A stretch of DNA of 64,000 bases from Poseidonia sp. (GCA_016779705.1 JADHNB010000002.1:1017-65016); one strand, 5' to 3'. Counted from the stretch's first letter, positions 9,989 through 21,524 are shown. Numbers and translations are program-made. Notes: generated from the letters alone by a model not told the origin.

Positions 9989-10948
9989 TTAAAGGTCCAA
10001 AACATAGCCGAACATCAGCGGCAACACGATGCTGGCATCGCTTTGAATGTTGAAGCGTGGCGTGTGCGCTCCGAGTTTGCCCCACGTGATTTTTTCGTTG
10101 GGCGGAGCGCCTGAATAACCGCCGTAGGACGCCGTGGCGTCCGTGATCTGAGCAAACCAAGACCAAAGCGGCACATCGGTTTCGCCCAAATCTTGGTGAA
10201 GCAACGGGACCACACAAATCGGGAAGTCGCCGGCAATGCCACCGCCCGCTTGGAAAAAGGCCAGGGGGCAGCCTGCTTGACGGTAGAAGGTCATCAACGC
10301 TGTCATGTAATGAACGCCGCCCAGGACGGCCTCGGGCTGTATGCGTCCTTCCGAGCACCGGGCGGCGAAGATGTTCCCGAGCGTGGAATCCTCCCAACCG
10401 GGGACGAAGAGGGGGAGGTTCACTTCGGCCGCAGCGAGCAACCATGAATTGGCCGGGTCGGCCTGGTAGGCATCGACCAAATCGCCCGACAACAACAGGC
10501 GATAGAGGAATTCGTGAGGAAGCGCGGGTGTGCCGTTGACCGAAGCCTCCTCCCACAAGGCGAGGACATGAGCCTCAATCGCCCGAATGGCTTCCTCCTC
10601 GGGGATGCACGTATCGGTGACGCGATTGAGGTGTCGATTGAGCAGCGCCACCTCGTCCGCCGGACCGAGGTCCTCGTAGTTCGGAACGCGCACGTAATGG
10701 TCATGGGCCACGAGGTTGAACACGTCTTCTTCGAGGTTGGCGCCGGTGCAGGATATGGCGGCAACGTGGCCGGTTCGAATCATGTCGGCGAGGCTGCGTC
10801 CAATTTCAGCCGTGCTCATGGCGCCGGCCAGCGTGAGGAAGATTTTCCCCCCCGAGTTGAGCATGTTCAACAGCGACTCGCTGGCTCGTTGTACCGTTCC
10901 TGCGTTAAAGTGCCGATAGTGTTCGTTGATGAACTCACGAACACCCAT
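9989..10948 (-). CDS. Deoxyhypusine synthase-like protein (bacterial-type, probable aminobutyl transferase)
   Basis: HFNA, GAMSTAE, TGANLEED, GGGIAGDF and SYGGYSGAPPNEKITWGK (catalytic Lys) motifs. Confidence 0.88.
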   Translation of the reverse strand: MGVREFINEHYRHFNAGTVQRASESLLNMLNSGGKIFLTLAGAMSTAEIGRSLADMIRTGHVAAISCTGANLEEDVFNLVAHDHYVRVPNYEDLGPADEVALLNRHLNRVTDTCIPEEEAIRAIEAHVLALWEEASVNGTPALPHEFLYRLLLSGDLVDAYQADPANSWLLAAAEVNLPLFVPGWEDSTLGNIFAARCSEGRIQPEAVLGGVHYMTALMTFYRQAGCPLAFFQAGGGIAGDFPICVVPLLHQDLGETDVPLWSWFAQITDATASYGGYSGAPPNEKITWGKLGAHTPRFNIQSDASIVLPLMFGYVLDL

Positions 10949-10952
10949 GCGA

Positions 10953-11339
10953 TCAAGCTCCGGTCAAAAATCGGTTCACCCTGTCCCGCCGCACGGCATT
11001 GAGGCCAGGAGCACCTTCCATGAGCCCTTGGTGGATGTAATCGGCAATCTGACCGGGGTCGGTGTCGCCGCAAGTGAAGCAATCCAGCGCCAACATGCCT
11101 CGGTCAGCGTAGTGGTGGGCGGTGATGTGGCTCTCGTCGATCAGCACCACGGCAGCAAAGCCTGGAGGGGAGGTCGAACCGTCAAATGGAACGACATGAG
11201 CATGCACCTCGGTTGCGGGACTCTGAGCCACCGCCGCTCGCATGATGGAAAGCACCCATTCATGGGCATCGGACATCTCAAAAAACGCCTCGGTGTAGTC
11301 CATGAAGACATGGGCTCCTCGAATACGGTGTGCAGACAC
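10953..11339 (-). CDS. speD: Pyruvoyl-dependent SAM decarboxylase (SpeD/SpeH) family protein
   Basis: G.HVFMD, GFAAVVLIDE-SHITAH autocleavage motif, DCFTCG. Confidence 0.85.
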   Translation of the reverse strand: MSAHRIRGAHVFMDYTEAFFEMSDAHEWVLSIMRAAVAQSPATEVHAHVVPFDGSTSPPGFAAVVLIDESHITAHHYADRGMLALDCFTCGDTDPGQIADYIHQGLMEGAPGLNAVRRDRVNRFLTGA

Positions 11340-11372
11340 GGTACCACCCTGCGCTCCGCCGCACACTTCCGC

Positions 11373-12392
11373 TTAAGAACGTGCCGAAAATTCCACTCCT
11401 TTCTGTGCTGAAAAAAAGGTTGACTGCGCTCCATCGGCTCGATTTTCGTTCGCGGCGTGCCAACGGCCTTCTTGCCTCGCCAGCACGTGAGATGCCAGAA
11501 TCTTCGTGGCAAGGCACGCAGCGGTGAACTGGGTCAGTGGAGTGTCTTCTTGGGCCACGATTTCGTTCACGTCAGCACTGATCACGACCACGTTGGGGTT
11601 TGAAAACAAGGCTTCGATGGTCTCCACCGCCTGCCAATAGGACAGCCCCCCTGGAACCGGTGTACCAGTGGCCGGGACGAGGGCTCCGTCAAGGCCATCG
11701 ATGTCCAGCGTGAAGTGAACCGGCCCCGAGAGGTTTGCCAAACATTGGAGCCAGCGCCCCCACGCTTCGCCTCCAGTGTGAGGATGCTGCGTGTCCTTGG
11801 CGAAGAAGGTCGTGATGCGTTTATCGCTCTCAATTCGCCTTGCTTCTTCTTGGCTGTAGGCTCGAATGCCGGCTTGATAAAGGGCTCCAACACCAACATC
11901 AAGGCTTCGAGCGGCGGCGCAGGCGTGCGAAAACGGTTCGCCGTCCAATTCAGACCGGAGGTCCGCGTGGGCGTCGAGCTGAACCACGGTCAACCTCGAG
12001 AGGTCACCGTTGAGTACAGGGTGGGATTTGGCCGCTTGCATCAGCGCAGGGAGGATACCGTGCTCACCGCCAAGAAACAGCGGGAAGAGGCGCCCGTTGT
12101 AAAACGGCCGCGCGTGGTCGACCATCTCATCAAGTTGCGCCAATAACGTTGGGGCTGAGCCCTCCCACACGGGTTCGGTGTGCAACACGAGGCCCGCTGG
12201 GAGGTCAGCACCCAAGCGGTCGTCGTACAATTCCACCTGGGCGCTCGCATCGACACAGGCCTGTGGCCCGTCCACGGCTCCCGTCCCGTAGGACGTGGTC
12301 AGCTCGTACGCCAACGGGACAACCGCCATGTCGGCCGGTCCTTTCCCCCGAGCCAGACCAAGAAACTGATCCGCCTCAAACGCCACCGACAT
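11373..12392 (-). CDS. speB: Agmatinase / ureohydrolase
   Basis: GGEH, DAHAD, DIDGLD, GTPVPGG and DVNE motifs. Confidence 0.9.
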   Translation of the reverse strand: MSVAFEADQFLGLARGKGPADMAVVPLAYELTTSYGTGAVDGPQACVDASAQVELYDDRLGADLPAGLVLHTEPVWEGSAPTLLAQLDEMVDHARPFYNGRLFPLFLGGEHGILPALMQAAKSHPVLNGDLSRLTVVQLDAHADLRSELDGEPFSHACAAARSLDVGVGALYQAGIRAYSQEEARRIESDKRITTFFAKDTQHPHTGGEAWGRWLQCLANLSGPVHFTLDIDGLDGALVPATGTPVPGGLSYWQAVETIEALFSNPNVVVISADVNEIVAQEDTPLTQFTAACLATKILASHVLARQEGRWHAANENRADGAQSTFFSAQKGVEFSARS

Positions 12393-12561
12393 GGTGACTT
12401 CCTGCCGTCGCCACCTTCATCATCTTGCCGATGTTACGGTGACCGAAATCGGTCCGAAAGGGCTGGATTCATGAAAAACCGAGGAACAGTTAATATGGGT
12501 CGGTGACCAATATACAATAGCAACGGGGACCAAAAAGCGGTCGCCGGCCGGGGGAAAAAGG

Positions 12562-12981
12562 ATGGGCATGACACTCGCAGAATTGACTCAAGCAATTCAA
12601 CAACACATTGATGAAAACATGGATACGGAAGTCGCCCAAGGCATGGCCGAGCATGCGCTCGGGTTCTTTGGATTCTACAACCGAATCATTGACAACGCCT
12701 TAGAACCGACGGACCGTAACCTGTTCTACATGTTCCAAGACTATGACTTGCTCACGACCGAATCCGAAGAGACCACCCTATGGGACGGTCGTGAATGGCG
12801 TATCCACTATTGGAAATTCAAGCCCGATCTTCGAGACCGAGTCGAAGCCTACATGCAACGAAACCTGCAAGATGAGGAAGCTGACCCCTTCGCCGACATT
12901 TATGCCGGTGACGGCGCCAGCATTTGGACCCGTGAAGGCGAGAAGGTGGCCAACCCGAACGCCTTCACCTCCGATTGGTGA
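12562..12981 (+). CDS. Conserved Thermoplasmata hypothetical protein (DUF6015-like)
   Basis: RIIDNALEPTDRNLFY...EETTLWDGREWRIHYW pattern recalled from Thermoplasmata proteins; family name tentative. Confidence 0.6.
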   Translation: MGMTLAELTQAIQQHIDENMDTEVAQGMAEHALGFFGFYNRIIDNALEPTDRNLFYMFQDYDLLTTESEETTLWDGREWRIHYWKFKPDLRDRVEAYMQRNLQDEEADPFADIYAGDGASIWTREGEKVANPNAFTSDW

Positions 12982-13028
12982 CGCTCCCTCATGCAAGCGT
13001 TTTTCATTCGCAGCCATAAGGCCCCGTC

Positions 13029-14396
13029 ATGCGAGTAGCCATCGGCTTGGTTGTTTGCATGCTGTTGGCGGCCCTTCCGCCCGCCGCCGCTCAGTACGAC
13101 CCAACGCAAACGCCGGTGTGGCCCGGCGACCCCATCGACAGCCATGTTCACCTGACGTGGGCAGCGTTAACCCTCGACGTGAACAATTGGGCGGATGAAC
13201 ACCCCGACATCGTGGATTTGACCAGCGCCGGCCAATCCGAACTCGGAAAAACGCTCTGGGTGGTCCGATTGTCGGACTGGTCCATCGACACCAAAGCCAA
13301 CGGGTCAGCGAAAGAAATCGTGTACATCGATGGCGGCCATCACGGCAACGAATACTTGGGGACGGCCCTGGCCTACCTCACGGCCAAATGGTACATCAAC
13401 GCCTGGAGTGAAGGCAACGAAGAAGCCGTGGCGGTGCTTCAAAACACGGAACTGCACATCCTCATCATGCTCAACCCTGACGGAAACGACATCGACACGC
13501 GCTGGAACATCAATCAAGTGGACCTCAATCGAAACTACAACCACTACTGGAACACCTGTCCCACCACCCAACCCGGCAGCAGCGCCTTCAGCGAATCGGA
13601 AACCGCTTCAAATTCGGATTACATGAACACCTATGTCACGGATGCCGACCTCTACGTCACCATGCACACCGGCGTGTGGATCATGCTCTACCCGTGGGGG
13701 AAATGGCCCGAACAACCGCCCGACTGGGAATTGTTTTGGCGAATCCGAGAGGATGTTCAAGCCAACGTCACCGATATTCCCATCCAAAACGCCAACCAAG
13801 GACTCTATCCGAACTGCGGGACGAGTCGAGATTACGGCTACGGTCACATGGGCTTTCCGACCTTTACGTTTGAGACGGACGACGAGCAATTTGTCCCCGG
13901 TAGCTTTGAAGCCCTCAACGAGCGGCTGGAGGAAGAGATGAACGTCATGCGCTACCTCATCAACAACGTGTGGTATTGGCGCGCCCGCCTCGACGTTCAG
14001 TCCATCACGATGGAGGATGAACGCCTGACCCTCGAGGTCGTCAATCACGGCAGAGCGTCCACCGCCAACGCCAGCTTGGAACACCTCAACGCCGCTGGTG
14101 AAGTCGTGTGGGCCTCACCGATGTTTACGGTCAACGCCAGCAACGCCACGAACGTCGCCTTTGACGTGAACAAGGACCGGTTCGAGATGGACGGTACATG
14201 GAACTTGAACTACCAAAAGCGCGTCATCGACGCCGCCGTTTGGGTGAACGAAACCGTTGATTCAAACGTGTCAATGGTGGTGGTTGAGGACGAGGGAGGC
14301 TTCCTGGTCGGCTACGGATTGTTCAATCCGCTCACCGTCATCGTCGGAATGCTGGGCGTGAGTCTCTTGATTCGGCGAGAAGACGAACATGTTTGA
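13029..14396 (+). CDS. Secreted, membrane-anchored M14 zinc carboxypeptidase
   Basis: Signal peptide, HGNE, NPDG, DLNRN, MHTG, FTFE, C-terminal TM. Confidence 0.88.
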   Translation: MRVAIGLVVCMLLAALPPAAAQYDPTQTPVWPGDPIDSHVHLTWAALTLDVNNWADEHPDIVDLTSAGQSELGKTLWVVRLSDWSIDTKANGSAKEIVYIDGGHHGNEYLGTALAYLTAKWYINAWSEGNEEAVAVLQNTELHILIMLNPDGNDIDTRWNINQVDLNRNYNHYWNTCPTTQPGSSAFSESETASNSDYMNTYVTDADLYVTMHTGVWIMLYPWGKWPEQPPDWELFWRIREDVQANVTDIPIQNANQGLYPNCGTSRDYGYGHMGFPTFTFETDDEQFVPGSFEALNERLEEEMNVMRYLINNVWYWRARLDVQSITMEDERLTLEVVNHGRASTANASLEHLNAAGEVVWASPMFTVNASNATNVAFDVNKDRFEMDGTWNLNYQKRVIDAAVWVNETVDSNVSMVVVEDEGGFLVGYGLFNPLTVIVGMLGVSLLIRREDEHV

Positions 14397-14544
14397 GCGC
14401 CTTCGGGCCCTTGCCACGGGCTCCGTCCCGTATCATGACCGCAAGGGAGATTCGCTCAAACGGGTCGGGAGTTGGACAAATCTTCCAAACGAAGGGCTGG
14501 GAGGGTTGAAGTGGGAGAAATCCTTGGCGTGGGTCGGTGAAACC

Positions 14545-16038
14545 ATGCAAGTGACCATCAGTTCAGGCAACAACATCAACGGAACGCTCGTCCTTCCCCT
14601 GTTTGAAGGCGAAGAAGCCCTCCCAGCGGATGTCGGCGGCATCCCAGCAGCCCTCAAGGGCCAAATCGACCGTGTGCTCGGGGATGGCGATTTCAAGGCC
14701 AAAGCCAATTCGACGATGACCCTGATGGGTACCGACGGCGGTAAAGCGATGCTGATTGGGCTTGGCAAAGCCAACAAGGTCGATGTCCATGGCTACCGGG
14801 ACGCTGGTGCTACCGTGGTGGCTTCCCTCGAGAAGGTTCACGGCGACGAATTGACGGTCCTCTTCCACGACGCCGATGTCCAAAGCATGGCGGCCTTCGG
14901 TGAGGGCATGATGCTGCGCGACTACCGTTACGACCTTTACAAGAAGAAGGACGAAGACGAAGAGGACACCAACCTCGCCGCTCGCATCAACTGCAGCGAA
15001 GGCGACGCCAGTGCCCTTTCCGCACTCATCGAGAAGGCCGCCGCCGTGACCAGCGGTGTTCACCTCTCCCGAGACCTCGGCAACTGCCCGCCCAACGACA
15101 TGTACCCCATGGCCTTCGCTGAAAAAGCCGAAAAATGGGCCAAGGAATACGACAACGTCAAGGTCGACGTCATCGATTACGATGCCGCCATTCGCCACGG
15201 CATGGGCGGTTTGGTCGCCGTGGGGATGGGCTCGGCCCGAAAACCCTGCATGGTGATCTTCACCCTCAACGGCGAAAAAGCCGGGCGACACCCCGTGCTC
15301 GTGGGCAAGGGCATCACCTTTGATACGGGCGGCATCTCCCTCAAGCCCGGGGCCAACATGGACGAGATGAAGTACGATATGGGCGGCTCCGCCACGGTTT
15401 TCGGAACCATGCAAGCTCTGGCAGCCAGCGGCCATGATGGAAAGGTGGTCGGCATCACCTGCATGGCCGAAAACATGCCCTCGTCCAACGCCCAGCGGCC
15501 CGGTGACGTGATCACCACCCTCTCGGGCAAGACCATTGAAGTCCTCAACACCGACGCTGAAGGGCGCTTGGTGCTCTCGGACGGGCTTTGGAAAGCCGGC
15601 ACCGATTTCGACCCCGAGTACATCGTTGATTTCGCCACCCTCACGGGCGCTTGCGTGGTGGCCCTGGGCCACGAAGCCACGGGCCTGTGGTCCAACGATG
15701 ACGAGTTCCGTGGACGCCTTCACGAGACCAGCAAGTCGGTGGGCGAACTTGCCTGGCCCATGCCGCTCCTTCCGGCCTTCGAGAAGGAAATGACGGACTC
15801 CAAGATCGCCGACACCCGAAACTTGGGATCCGGCCGCTGGGGCGGCGCCAACACGGCCGCTGCCTTCCTCAAGCAGTTCGTTCCCAATCGCGGTGAAGGC
15901 GAAGATGCGGAACAAATCACCTGGGCTCACATGGACATTGCGGGAACGTATTGGGGGGCCAAGACCAACAAAATGGTCGGCCACGGTGCCACCGGCATCC
16001 ACGTTCGCACCATGGTTGAATTCATCACCAAAAAGTGA
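14545..16038 (+). CDS. pepA: Leucyl aminopeptidase (M17)
   Basis: VGKGITFDTGG, MKYDMGG, NTDAEGRL, ATLTG and WAHMDIAG motifs; GGTGA Shine-Dalgarno before the ATG at 14545. Confidence 0.95.
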   Translation: MQVTISSGNNINGTLVLPLFEGEEALPADVGGIPAALKGQIDRVLGDGDFKAKANSTMTLMGTDGGKAMLIGLGKANKVDVHGYRDAGATVVASLEKVHGDELTVLFHDADVQSMAAFGEGMMLRDYRYDLYKKKDEDEEDTNLAARINCSEGDASALSALIEKAAAVTSGVHLSRDLGNCPPNDMYPMAFAEKAEKWAKEYDNVKVDVIDYDAAIRHGMGGLVAVGMGSARKPCMVIFTLNGEKAGRHPVLVGKGITFDTGGISLKPGANMDEMKYDMGGSATVFGTMQALAASGHDGKVVGITCMAENMPSSNAQRPGDVITTLSGKTIEVLNTDAEGRLVLSDGLWKAGTDFDPEYIVDFATLTGACVVALGHEATGLWSNDDEFRGRLHETSKSVGELAWPMPLLPAFEKEMTDSKIADTRNLGSGRWGGANTAAAFLKQFVPNRGEGEDAEQITWAHMDIAGTYWGAKTNKMVGHGATGIHVRTMVEFITKK

Positions 16039-16134
16039 TTTACGGCAACACGCTCCACGTTCTTGAACGAAGAACGGGACGAAACCATCGCTCCAGCGTG
16101 CCGAGAGGCTGCTTCGATCGTTAGGAGAAGTGTG

Positions 16135-16200
16135 CTGTTTTGATTAGATTTATATGGGGTCGCTCGTTCGCCACTATACAACCGATGGTAAAGTAGTGGT
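16135..16200 (+). promoter_or_regulatory. Putative promoter of the chaperone operon (TATA box TTTATAT at 16149-16155) with a downstream inverted repeat
   Basis: Only clear AT-rich TATA-like box in the intergenic region, about 50 bp upstream of the ATG at 16207. Confidence 0.5.
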
Positions 16201-16206
16201 GGCATC

Positions 16207-16896
16207 ATGACGGACGATTCCTGGGAAGACGAGTTCCTCAACAAGTTGGAAGAGATGCTGAAGGGCATGGGCATGCCCATTTCTCGAAAGCAACTCAAAG
16301 GGTTCCTCACTCAATTCAAGGACCAATTCGATGCGATGGGCATCAACCCTGAGAAGATTGCCAAGGGCGAGGTCAACTTCAACTTCGACATTTCGGAACT
16401 GTCCAAAATGTTCTCGGCGGGATCGTCCATTGAAGACCTGCTCAAGAACCTGGGGATGGACGTGCGCGTGGACGTTGCCCCCGTGGAAATGGACCCCTCC
16501 GCACTGGAAACGGACGACGAAGATTCGTTGACCCTCCCCGCGGAGGACGTCTATCTGGACGGATGGAACATGTCCGTGACGCTCGACTTCGCCCTCAAAG
16601 GCGACATCGAGACCAACCAGCTCGAAATTGAACTCATCAAAAACGGGTCGCAAATTGAAATCATGCGCAGGACCCAACCCAAACCCTTGGCGTTGGTTGA
16701 ACTGCCCCATCCGTGCGACGACGTGGTGGATTGGACCCTCAACAACGGCATTCTCGACATCACCCTGAAATTGACGCCTCAAGGGAAGGCGTTGGAATCG
16801 GAGGATGACGATGACGTCCCTGCTACCGGGGACGTGAGCATCGACCTCGGTGACGATGACGATGACGAAGACGACGGTGGCATCCCCATCTTTTGA
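16207..16896 (+). CDS. HSP20/alpha-crystallin-like small heat shock protein (divergent)
   Basis: C-terminal VELP...WTLNNGILDITL alpha-crystallin pattern, terminal IPI motif, directly upstream of dnaK. Confidence 0.7.
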   Translation: MTDDSWEDEFLNKLEEMLKGMGMPISRKQLKGFLTQFKDQFDAMGINPEKIAKGEVNFNFDISELSKMFSAGSSIEDLLKNLGMDVRVDVAPVEMDPSALETDDEDSLTLPAEDVYLDGWNMSVTLDFALKGDIETNQLEIELIKNGSQIEIMRRTQPKPLALVELPHPCDDVVDWTLNNGILDITLKLTPQGKALESEDDDDVPATGDVSIDLGDDDDDEDDGGIPIF

Positions 16897-16912
16897 AAGG
16901 AAGTGAACAAAC

Positions 16913-18796
<1,884 letters not shown>

Positions 18797-18855
18797 GGCA
18801 ACCACTCACCGGCCCCGGGCGTTTGCCTTATGGCTGGGTGGCAGGTGGCGCAACC

Positions 18856-20457
18856 ATGAGCGAAGTCCCCATTCTCAAGGAGACGACACGCTCAACCGGT
18901 CGCGAGGCGCTTCGCAACAACATCACGGCGGCCATGGCCTTAGCGGGCGCTGTGCGAACCACCCTCGGTCCGTTGGGCCAGGACAAGCTGCTCATCGATG
19001 ACGAGGGTCGAACCCTGGTCACCAACGACGGCGTCACGGTTCTGGAATCGGCCAAGGTTGAGCATCCGGTGGCCAAAATGCTCATCAACGCCTCCACGAC
19101 TCAAGACCGCATCGCCCGCGACGGCACCACGAGTGCCGTCCTGCTTTCGGCCGAGTTGTTGCAAAACGCCTGGGAATTGGTGCTTCAGGGCGTCCATCCA
19201 TCCGCCATTGCTCGCGGGTATCGCTTGGCAGAAGACGCTTGCAGGGCGCATTTTGACCAACTCGTTATCGACGCCACGCCCGAGCGGCAGCGGCACGCGG
19301 CCAGGACCTCACTCGCCGGAAAAATCCACGAAACCATGCAACACCACTTGGCCGAATTGGCCCTAGAAGCCGCCCAAGCGATTCAGGAAGAACGCCCCAG
19401 CGGTGTGGTCGTTGACCCGACACGGGTCAAGATCCTGACACAAACGGGCGGTTCCATGACGGACTCCCGTTTGGTGACGGGCTTGGTGTTGGCCAAAAAG
19501 CGTGTCATCGACAGCATGCCCAAGCATCTCAAATCCGGAAAAATCGCCTTGGTTGACGGCGGTCTTGAGCGCCGAGAATTGATGAGCAGCGTCAAATTGA
19601 ACGTCACCAACACCGGTGTGTTGGAACAATTCCGCCAGCAAGAGAAAGCGATGCTGCTCGAACAAGTGGACCATCTGGTCTCGTTGGGCGTGACCTTGCT
19701 GGCGTGCAAGGAAGGCATCGACGATGACCTGCACGGGGCGCTCAGCGACGCCGGCATCCAAGCCTACCGAAGGGTGGCACGTGCCGACCTCGACTTGCTG
19801 GCACGGGGGACCAACGCCACCCTGAACCACGACATCGGCGGCCTGACCAAGCGCGATCTCGGGGTGTTCATCAGCAGTCGAAACGAACGATGGAACGGCG
19901 TGATGCACTGGATCGTCGAGACCGAAGAAGGCGGTGCAACGTTCATCGCCAAAGGCTCAACCAATGAAACGGTCGGCGAAGTGGTACGGTGTTTTGCCGA
20001 CGCCTTGGGCGTTGCCTGCCAACTCCTGGAGGAACCCTCGCTGCTACCCGGCGGGGGTGCTACTCAAATTGCCCTGGCGCGGCATCTTCGGCGATTTGCC
20101 GAGGGCTTCGCCGGGCGAGAACAATTGGCCATCGAGGCCTTTGCCGATGCGTTGGAAGTCATTCCTCGCGTGCTGGCCCAGAACGCCGGATTGGACCCCC
20201 TGGATTCCCTGCTTCAAACGGTCGCCCAGCAAAGCACCGCCGAAGACGGGCAAGGCCACTTCATCGGGATGAACATCGTTGAGAAAGGACCCGCCAACAT
20301 GGTGGAGAAAGGCATTGTTGAGCCGCTTCGCATCACGCGACAAGTCCTTGCCGGAGCCACCGAAGCGGCCCTCTCGGTGCTGCGGATTGACGACGTGCTC
20401 TGGGCCAAGCAAGACCCGACCGTTCCCGACATGCCCGAGAGCGATGACGAGAGCTGA
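18856..20457 (+). CDS. Group II chaperonin (thermosome) subunit, divergent paralog
   Basis: TLGPLG.DK, TNDGVT, EHPVAK, DGTT, PGGGA, REQLAIEAFADALE and LRIDD motifs. Confidence 0.92.
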   Translation: MSEVPILKETTRSTGREALRNNITAAMALAGAVRTTLGPLGQDKLLIDDEGRTLVTNDGVTVLESAKVEHPVAKMLINASTTQDRIARDGTTSAVLLSAELLQNAWELVLQGVHPSAIARGYRLAEDACRAHFDQLVIDATPERQRHAARTSLAGKIHETMQHHLAELALEAAQAIQEERPSGVVVDPTRVKILTQTGGSMTDSRLVTGLVLAKKRVIDSMPKHLKSGKIALVDGGLERRELMSSVKLNVTNTGVLEQFRQQEKAMLLEQVDHLVSLGVTLLACKEGIDDDLHGALSDAGIQAYRRVARADLDLLARGTNATLNHDIGGLTKRDLGVFISSRNERWNGVMHWIVETEEGGATFIAKGSTNETVGEVVRCFADALGVACQLLEEPSLLPGGGATQIALARHLRRFAEGFAGREQLAIEAFADALEVIPRVLAQNAGLDPLDSLLQTVAQQSTAEDGQGHFIGMNIVEKGPANMVEKGIVEPLRITRQVLAGATEAALSVLRIDDVLWAKQDPTVPDMPESDDES

Positions 20458-20494
20458 GGAGAGGGGACCCTCTGATTCAATTCCATTTGAAAAA

Positions 20495-21310
20495 TCATTG
20501 AGCCCAATTGTCCATGCCTTTTTTCACAACTAGAGTTCGAGCGATGAGATCTTGGTTTGTTTGCTTATGGTCCGTCCATAGTTGTGCTAAATATCCGAAT
20601 CCAACGGTAAGAAGTATCAAAAAAATCAAACCATGTCGTTTGAGTGCCTGCTTCCTTGAAATTCTGTTTCCATCGTAGTCCGTAATAATCAACCCGAAGA
20701 TGCGTTTTCCTGGTGTTGCTTGCCATGATGAGGCGTTAAACAGAACAGGGTAAAATAGGCCAACCATGAGGAAAACCGCACCGAAAGAAATCCCAACGAG
20801 ACCCCCGAGTATACTTAGGATACTTATCAGCGATACATCGATCAAAAGAGCAGAGGTTCGTTGTACAAATCCTGCAAACCGTTCTCTTTCTTCACGAGAC
20901 CCCCCCACTCCCTTGTATACCATTTTATTTGGATATCCGAATTCATTGGCACCAAATTGGGTTCTTATCTTTCGTTCATGTGCTCGATTGTTTATTTCGT
21001 CCCAATCGATTTCAATACTTCCTTCTGAATATGAAACGATGCAATGTTGTACGAAACCGGAAAAATTAGGCATGGCTTTTGTGATGTCATTGAGTGTTTC
21101 GTCAATGGAAATTGTTTTCCTTTCTTTGGCCCCACTATCACCGTTACCCATCTTTGATTGATTGTTGATTTGCTCCCAATCAATTTCGATCTTTCCTTCT
21201 GAAAAATCGACGATGCAATGCTGTACGAAACCAGAAAAATTCGACATTTCTTTGGCGATATCATTTATGCTTGAATCAACAGAAATCGTCTTGTTTACCT
21301 TTTGGCTCAT
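20495..21310 (-). CDS. RDD family membrane protein with two N-terminal tandem RHH-like repeats (in an AT-rich islet)
   Basis: AGFVQR.SALLID, QATPGKRIFGL.I and Q...DLIARTLVV RDD motifs; duplicated 44-aa N-terminal unit. Confidence 0.8.
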   Translation of the reverse strand: MSQKVNKTISVDSSINDIAKEMSNFSGFVQHCIVDFSEGKIEIDWEQINNQSKMGNGDSGAKERKTISIDETLNDITKAMPNFSGFVQHCIVSYSEGSIEIDWDEINNRAHERKIRTQFGANEFGYPNKMVYKGVGGSREERERFAGFVQRTSALLIDVSLISILSILGGLVGISFGAVFLMVGLFYPVLFNASSWQATPGKRIFGLIITDYDGNRISRKQALKRHGLIFLILLTVGFGYLAQLWTDHKQTNQDLIARTLVVKKGMDNWAQ

Positions 21311-21423
21311 GATTTGCCATTGGGGAGTGATAATTAAGCATGGTTGCGTATGTATGGACGTAAGTATTGCAAATTTCATGTTGTCAAATCAACCGTTGAT
21401 TCAATTGGTATTCTAACGAATCA

Positions 21424-21497
21424 TAGGGTCAATGCACAAACCCACTGATTCGTTTTGTCCTCATCAGAGGGCTCGCAGTGGGCTTTGTCATAGCCTA
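21424..21497. other. Long imperfect hairpin (terminator-like or ncRNA) between tdh and the AT-rich islet
   Basis: Nested pairs TAGG/CCTA, ACAAA/TTTGT, CCCACTG/CAGTGGG and GTCCTC-ATCA-GAGGGC. Confidence 0.5.
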
Positions 21498-21524
21498 CCG
21501 TATGATGCGGACCAGAACGATCGT

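Noticed and set aside
14563..16002. Long antisense ORFs (here and at 8249-9391, 25734-27026, 27998-29344, 42884-44290, 61996-63372)
   Set aside because: Shadow ORFs opposite well-supported genes, expected from GC-rich codon bias; no recognisable motifs
21440..21480. CUGAUGA on the minus strand as a hammerhead ribozyme, or the hairpin as an H/ACA or C/D guide RNA
   Set aside because: No properly placed GAAA/stem II or cleavage triplet, no 3' ACA box, and no matched C and D boxes
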